Part shown: positions 58,644 to 64,000 of the stretch, in pieces
Layout of the letters: each line of letters begins with the position of its first letter
Position numbering within the stretch: the first letter of the stretch is position 1
NCBI GenBank assembly: GCA_051294375.1
Contig: CM119266.1
Span: forward strand, 25,716,161-25,780,160
From: Paraspadella gotoi
Taxonomy: Eukaryota; Animalia; Chaetognatha
Direction of reading: 5' to 3'
Length of the DNA stretch: 64,000 bases
Notes under the pieces: generated by a model
The model's input: only the letters and a program-made list of their open reading frames with translations
Told to the model about the DNA's origin: nothing
The model's database searches: none
Made by a program: the position numbers and the translations under genes

Positions 58644-60090
58644 GGTTTCACCTTTCGAAGTTTTCCAGGGCCGTAGAAAATGAGTGTCGAAGTTCGAAAA
58701 TGACGATATTTTGAGGATCTGCACGTGTTACCGGCCCGGGGAAGTTCGGACAGATTTGTACGCGCAGTTTCGCAACGATACCCGCACCGACGAGCTAAGT
58801 TCTCGACCGGGAAACGATGTACTACGTCCGAGCGAGGTACTCGGGCCGAGTGTTATTTCTCCTTTCCAGTGTGGTCGCGGTGAAAAAACCGCTTACTGAA
58901 AAAGAAGCAGCAGCTCAGTGAATATTTTGGAATTTTTTATTTTATTTTTTATAAGGGAGATATTTGAATATGTTTAAATGACTAAAATTTTATTGCTAGG
59001 GGACTGAGCAAACTGTCTAGATGTAGGACGAATATTGAACCTAACCAAAATGCATTTATTCTTTGAAGTAGACAAATAAGTTTGACGTAAGACATCACGT
59101 AGTTTTTGATTCTGGTTCTGTTCAAATCTAGGAAAAGAAGCGGAGAATATTTAGTAATTAATTATTATTAATAATTATCACAAACGACTACATTCGTTTG
59201 CCCTCGGGATTTAGTCAAAAACATCAGGAAAATATTTTTCTCCCGCCGCTTTCGAATCGTGCGCGGGAATTATCGGAATGCTCAGAAACGGTAGAGGACG
59301 TTTCTAATCGAGGTGTTTTGGGATTAGATCAAAAGGGCAACGTTATTGGCATCCCGCGCACGACCCCGAGCTGTATCGAGTCACTCTGTTAGGGCTCTTC
59401 AAAACAAATATATTATTAAACTTTATTGATTCCTATTATAACAATTAAAAATTTTGCAAAAGTACAGAATCTTCTCTTTTTTTTATATTTATATTACTTC
59501 AAAAGTTTTATTTTCTCAATTAACAGAATCATTGAAAAGAAAGTGAAATAAAAATCAGTCGATACCTTAAATTTTTGATTCATTCCTAGTTTTTTTTCTT
59601 TAACATTTTTGTAATAAAAGCTGAAAATCTTTTTAAAATTAGATCTTACTTTTTTTGACAAAAAACAAATTTTAAACTTGAAAAAAGATTTTCTTCTTAA
59701 CCGATTTTTTAAAAAAAATAAGCTCGCTTATTTATCGAATTTTTAACTACTTTCCCAAATGATATAGAAGAAAAAATTATATGGTCAGAACCAGCTTAAG
59801 TTAAAGGGTCAAACGTTAGTTATCAGCTTTTTACCCCCCCTGTCACTTGGTCCCCTAAAAGAGGTTGAACCACCGCGAGATTTAGATATATATTTAGCTC
59901 GGAGTGGTCCAGGCCGTTTGTACCTTAATGACACCAAAAAAGATAACTCAATAATTATATTTTATGACTAAGAGCTGACCAACGAGCGATTGTGATATTC
60001 TACTTTACCTATCTTAATCACTCTACCATCAAGCGCTCTCTCTTTCTTTCTTTATTTCTTTCTTTCTTTCAATCTTTTTCAATATTTCAT

Positions 60091-60134
<44 letters not shown>

Positions 60135-60240
60135 ATATCTTTCTTTCTTTCTTTCCTCCTTCTTTTTTTCACTCCTACTATCCCGAGCCCCGAGGCGGTT
60201 TCCTGCGCTCGCCATTCCTTCCATTATTAAACGCTCTCCC

Positions 60241-61870
60241 CACTATGAAGCCATAGTAAGAGGGACAGCAAAATTTCATACAGCCCGCTACCCACCTGTA
60301 ACCACTACACTATGAAGCCATAGTAAGGTGGACAGCAGAAAATTTCATACAGCCTCGCTAACCCACCTGTAACCACTACACTATGAAGCCATATAAGGTG
60401 GACAGCAGAAAATTTCATTACAGGCCTCGCTACCCACCTGGTAACCCTTACACTATGAAGCATATAAGGTGGACAGCAGAAAATTTCATACAGCCTCGCT
60501 ACCCACCTGTAACCACTACACTATGAAAGCCATAGTAAGGTGGACAGCAAAAATTTCATACAGCCTCGCTACCCACCTGTAACCCACTACACTATGAAGC
60601 CCATAGTAAGGTGGACAGCAGAAAATTTCATACAGCCTCGCTACCCACCTGTAACCACTACACTATGAAGCCATAGTACAGGTGGACACAGAAAATTTCA
60701 TACAGCCTCGCTACCCACCTGTAACCACTACACTAATGAGCCATATAAGGTGGAAGCAGAAAATTTCATACAGCCTCGCTACCCACCTGTAACCACTACA
60801 CTATGAAGCATATAAGGTGGACAGCAGAAATTCATACAGCCTCGCTACCCACCTGTAACCACTACACTATGAAGCCAAAAGTAAGGTGGACAGCAGAAAA
60901 TTTCATACAGCTCGCTACCCACCTGTAACCACTACCTATGAAGCCATAGTAAGGTGGACAGCAGAAAATTTCATTACAGCCTCGCACCCACCTGTAACCA
61001 CTACACTATGAAGCCATAGTAAGGTGGACAGCAGAAAATTTCATACCAGCCTCGCTACCCACCTGTAACCACTACACTATGAAGCCATAGTAAGGTGGCA
61101 GCAGAAAATTTCATACCAGCCTCGCTACCCACCTGTAACCACTACACTATGAAGCCCATAGTAAGGTGGACAGCAGAAAATTTCATACAGCCTCGCTACC
61201 ACTGTAAACCACTACACTATAAGCCTAGTAAGGTGGACAGCCAGAAAATTTCATACAGGCCTGCTACCCCCCTGTAACCACTACACTATGAACCATAGTA
61301 AGGGTGGACAGCAGAAAATTTCATACGCCTCGTACCCCCTGTAACCACTACACTATGAAGCCATAGTAAGGTGGACAGCAGAAAATTTCATAACAGGCCT
61401 CGTACCCACCTGTAACCACTACACTATGAAGCCATAGTAAGGTGGACAGCAGAAAATTTCATACAGCCCGCACCCACCTGTAACCACCTACACTATGAAG
61501 CCCAAGTAGGTGGACAAGCAGAAAGATTCATACAGCCTCGCTACCCACCTGTAACCACTACACTATAAGCCATAGTAAGGTGGACAGCAGAAAATTTCAT
61601 ACAGCCTCGCTACCCACCTGTAACCACTACACTAGAAGCCATAGTAAGGTGGACAGCAGAAAAATTTATACAGCCTCCGCTACCCACCTGTAACCACTAC
61701 ACTATGAAGCCAAGTAAGGTGACAGCAGAAAATTTATACAGCCTCGCTCCACCTGTAACCACACACATGAAGCCATAGTAAGGTGGACAGCAGAAAATTT
61801 CATACCAGCCTCGCTACCCACCTGTAACCACTACACTATGAAGCCATAGTAAGGTGGACAGCAGAAATTC
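60241..61870. repeat. 70-bp tandem satellite, copy 2
   Basis: Appears identical to 51757-53386. Confidence 0.97.
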
Positions 61871-63084
61871 CGCGCTATTTCTAATGCATTAAGCCACCAC
61901 CCACCCACCTCCAATATTTGTTTTGATTTTATCTATTAGCAAAAAAGCTTTATCCTTGGAAACTTGGGTTTGATTGAAAAGTAAATTGCCAGTATACCAC
62001 TTCATTTTGCTTTTGAGTACTTTCAATTCTATTATGGTTTTAAATGTAGAATGCATATCTAATTAATATGTCATCTCTATAAACATGTAAGTTCCAAATT
62101 TTTTTTTATTCTTCATTTCTTAAAAATATAATACTACAATATCAAATTATAGTTATAAATACTCAAAGGTTTTTAAATAATGCAAAATACATCAGAGAAA
62201 ATTTTTTATTTACAAACGTTAAAAATTATTAAGAAAGGATAAATACTAAAAATTGTAAAAATTTCCAATTGTAACAATTGTAACATTTTTTTTCCTTTCT
62301 TTTTTTCTTTAAATTATATATAAATTTTTCTTCTTATTTTTGTCAGTTTTGCTGCCTTTTCTAAACCCTTTTAAAACAGTTCAGGCTTCTGCAGTGACTG
62401 TTTCAGCTGCCTTCCAGCGGCTGTCCAGCTATCTCTGTTTCTGCTGTCTTCTCTTTCTGTCTCTCTCTCTCTGTTACGATCTCTTGCGTGATCGTTTTTT
62501 TTTAAAAAAATTGAATATTTTTTTCCTTTTAAAAACTTTTTATTTATCGCATTTATTTCGCGATTTTTTCTCAAGCAAAATCCAATTCACATCCGAGATT
62601 TTCGTGGATTTATTCACTTTCTTTCTCTCTCTCTTTTCAATCTCTCTCTCTCTTTTCTCCTATCTTTCACTCAAACACCATTTGCTTGTTTTATTTAGAT
62701 GATTTATTCATTGGAGTCAATGAATGACTATCATCGCACAAGAAGACTATCATCTTATCATGAATGATTATCTTCACATCAATGAATGACTATCATTGCA
62801 TCAACTCATTTGGTTATTATCAATCAATCATTTGTAATCATAAAATCGATCATTTTTGGTTATTCATCGCATCAATTATTGGTTATCATCGATCAATATT
62901 CGGTTATCCATGCATCAATCATTTGGTTATCATCGACCAATATTTGGTTATCATTGAAGGGAGGCTCGATCCTATTTCTTTTTAATATTTTTTTCTCTCT
63001 TTCTCTCTCCTCTCTCTCTTTTTCTCTCCTCTTTTCTCTCTTTCTTTCTTTATGATTATTCCAAAAGCAGAGGCTTAAGTTTCG

Positions 63085-63126
<42 letters not shown>

Positions 63127-63170
63127 TTTTTTTTTTTTTTTTTTTTTTCTCTCTCTCTCCTCTTTCTCTC

Positions 63171-63212
<42 letters not shown>

Positions 63213-63974
63213 CTTTCTTCTGATTATCAAAAACGAGCAGCGGCTGAATAGTTACGGGCATCTCTTAAAAATTTTCTCTCCTCTCTCTCTCTTCTCTCTT
63301 CCTCTATCTCTCTCTCTCTCTCTTTTTCTCTCCTTCTCTCTTTTTCTCCTCTCTCTCTCTTTCGTCGCCTTCTTTAGTTAATTTATATAGAAATAAAAAT
63401 TTCGGATTTACATAAACTAGTACCTTGCAAGTCAGATTTCTTTCTTAAAAACGAAAAAACCCGCAAAAAAAACCGCAACGGGGGTTTGTCTCAGACACAC
63501 CCCAGCCATTGATGCCTTTTGAAGTTAAATTTCGTGTCCCGAAATATCCCGACAACTTAAAGCTGAACTTAAAGGAATCCTGGGGCCTCATTTCATTCTA
63601 AATCACTTTGCCAACTTAATGCCACTGTATTGCAAACTTTCATTCTAAAATTAATAAAAATATTATGTCAAAAAGAAACCTTTAAGCGAAAGAGCTGTTG
63701 ATTGATATTAAAAATATTAGTTTTTTTTTAATAAAATTAGTTATTTTTTTTCTGACGTGATATAAGTGTTTGGTAACCAAACCAAGCAATCAAAAAATTC
63801 AATTTGCATCCGCAAAACCGCATGAAAATATAATTCACGTACTAAGACAAAAAAAAAACGAAATAACGTTTAATAGAATGGCAAAGGATTTAAAGACAAG
63901 ATATTTGTCAAAAATCAAATAGAATCGCTTAAAAGTGATGACATGACTTTTATCCACGGTGTGGATACACTGTG
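60241..63974. mobile_element. Second assembled copy of the 3734-bp CAC...GTG element
   Basis: tcTCCC|CACTATG at 60241 and CACTGTG|TCCCcc at 63974. Same length and flanks as 51757-55490. Confidence 0.75.
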
Positions 63975-64000
63975 TCCCCCGGGAGTTTGGATGGCTAAGT

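Larger units (their letters stand above)
58058..64000 (+). repeat. ~6 kb direct duplication, copy 2
   Basis: Matches 49548-55515. Only the MITE-derived stretch ~59420-60240 has a different indel pattern. Confidence 0.97.

Overview
AT-rich, (AG/CT)n-microsatellite-saturated eukaryotic DNA, most likely arthropod (malacostracan crustacean-like; this is an inference). It comes from a draft assembly with many N gaps and long-read-type indel noise. I recognise no intact protein-coding gene, rRNA, tRNA or CRISPR array, and nearly all listed ORFs are microsatellite or low-complexity translations. Well over half of the window is redundant. The approximate layout is A (17266-24484), inverted A (24653-31909), B (31910-37065), A' (37077-43520), B' (43636-48925), C, then an ~6 kb block present twice (49548-55515 and 58058-64000); smaller duplications and an inversion lie at 2.7-9.1 kb. 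Most of this looks like mis-assembly or haplotype redundancy. The real biology is transposon-related. (1) A 3734-bp non-autonomous element with CACTATG...CACTGTG ends and a TCCC target duplication has its empty site visible elsewhere in the window. It resembles Chapaev or Transib, and its left end is amplified into an ~24-unit, 70-bp tandem array. (2) An ~880-bp TTAA-flanked MITE. (3) A BEL/Pao retrotransposon pol fragment. (4) A DINE-1/Helentron-like end. (5) A noisy fragment resembling the C-terminus and right end of a bacterial IS256 element. (6) Several minisatellites.
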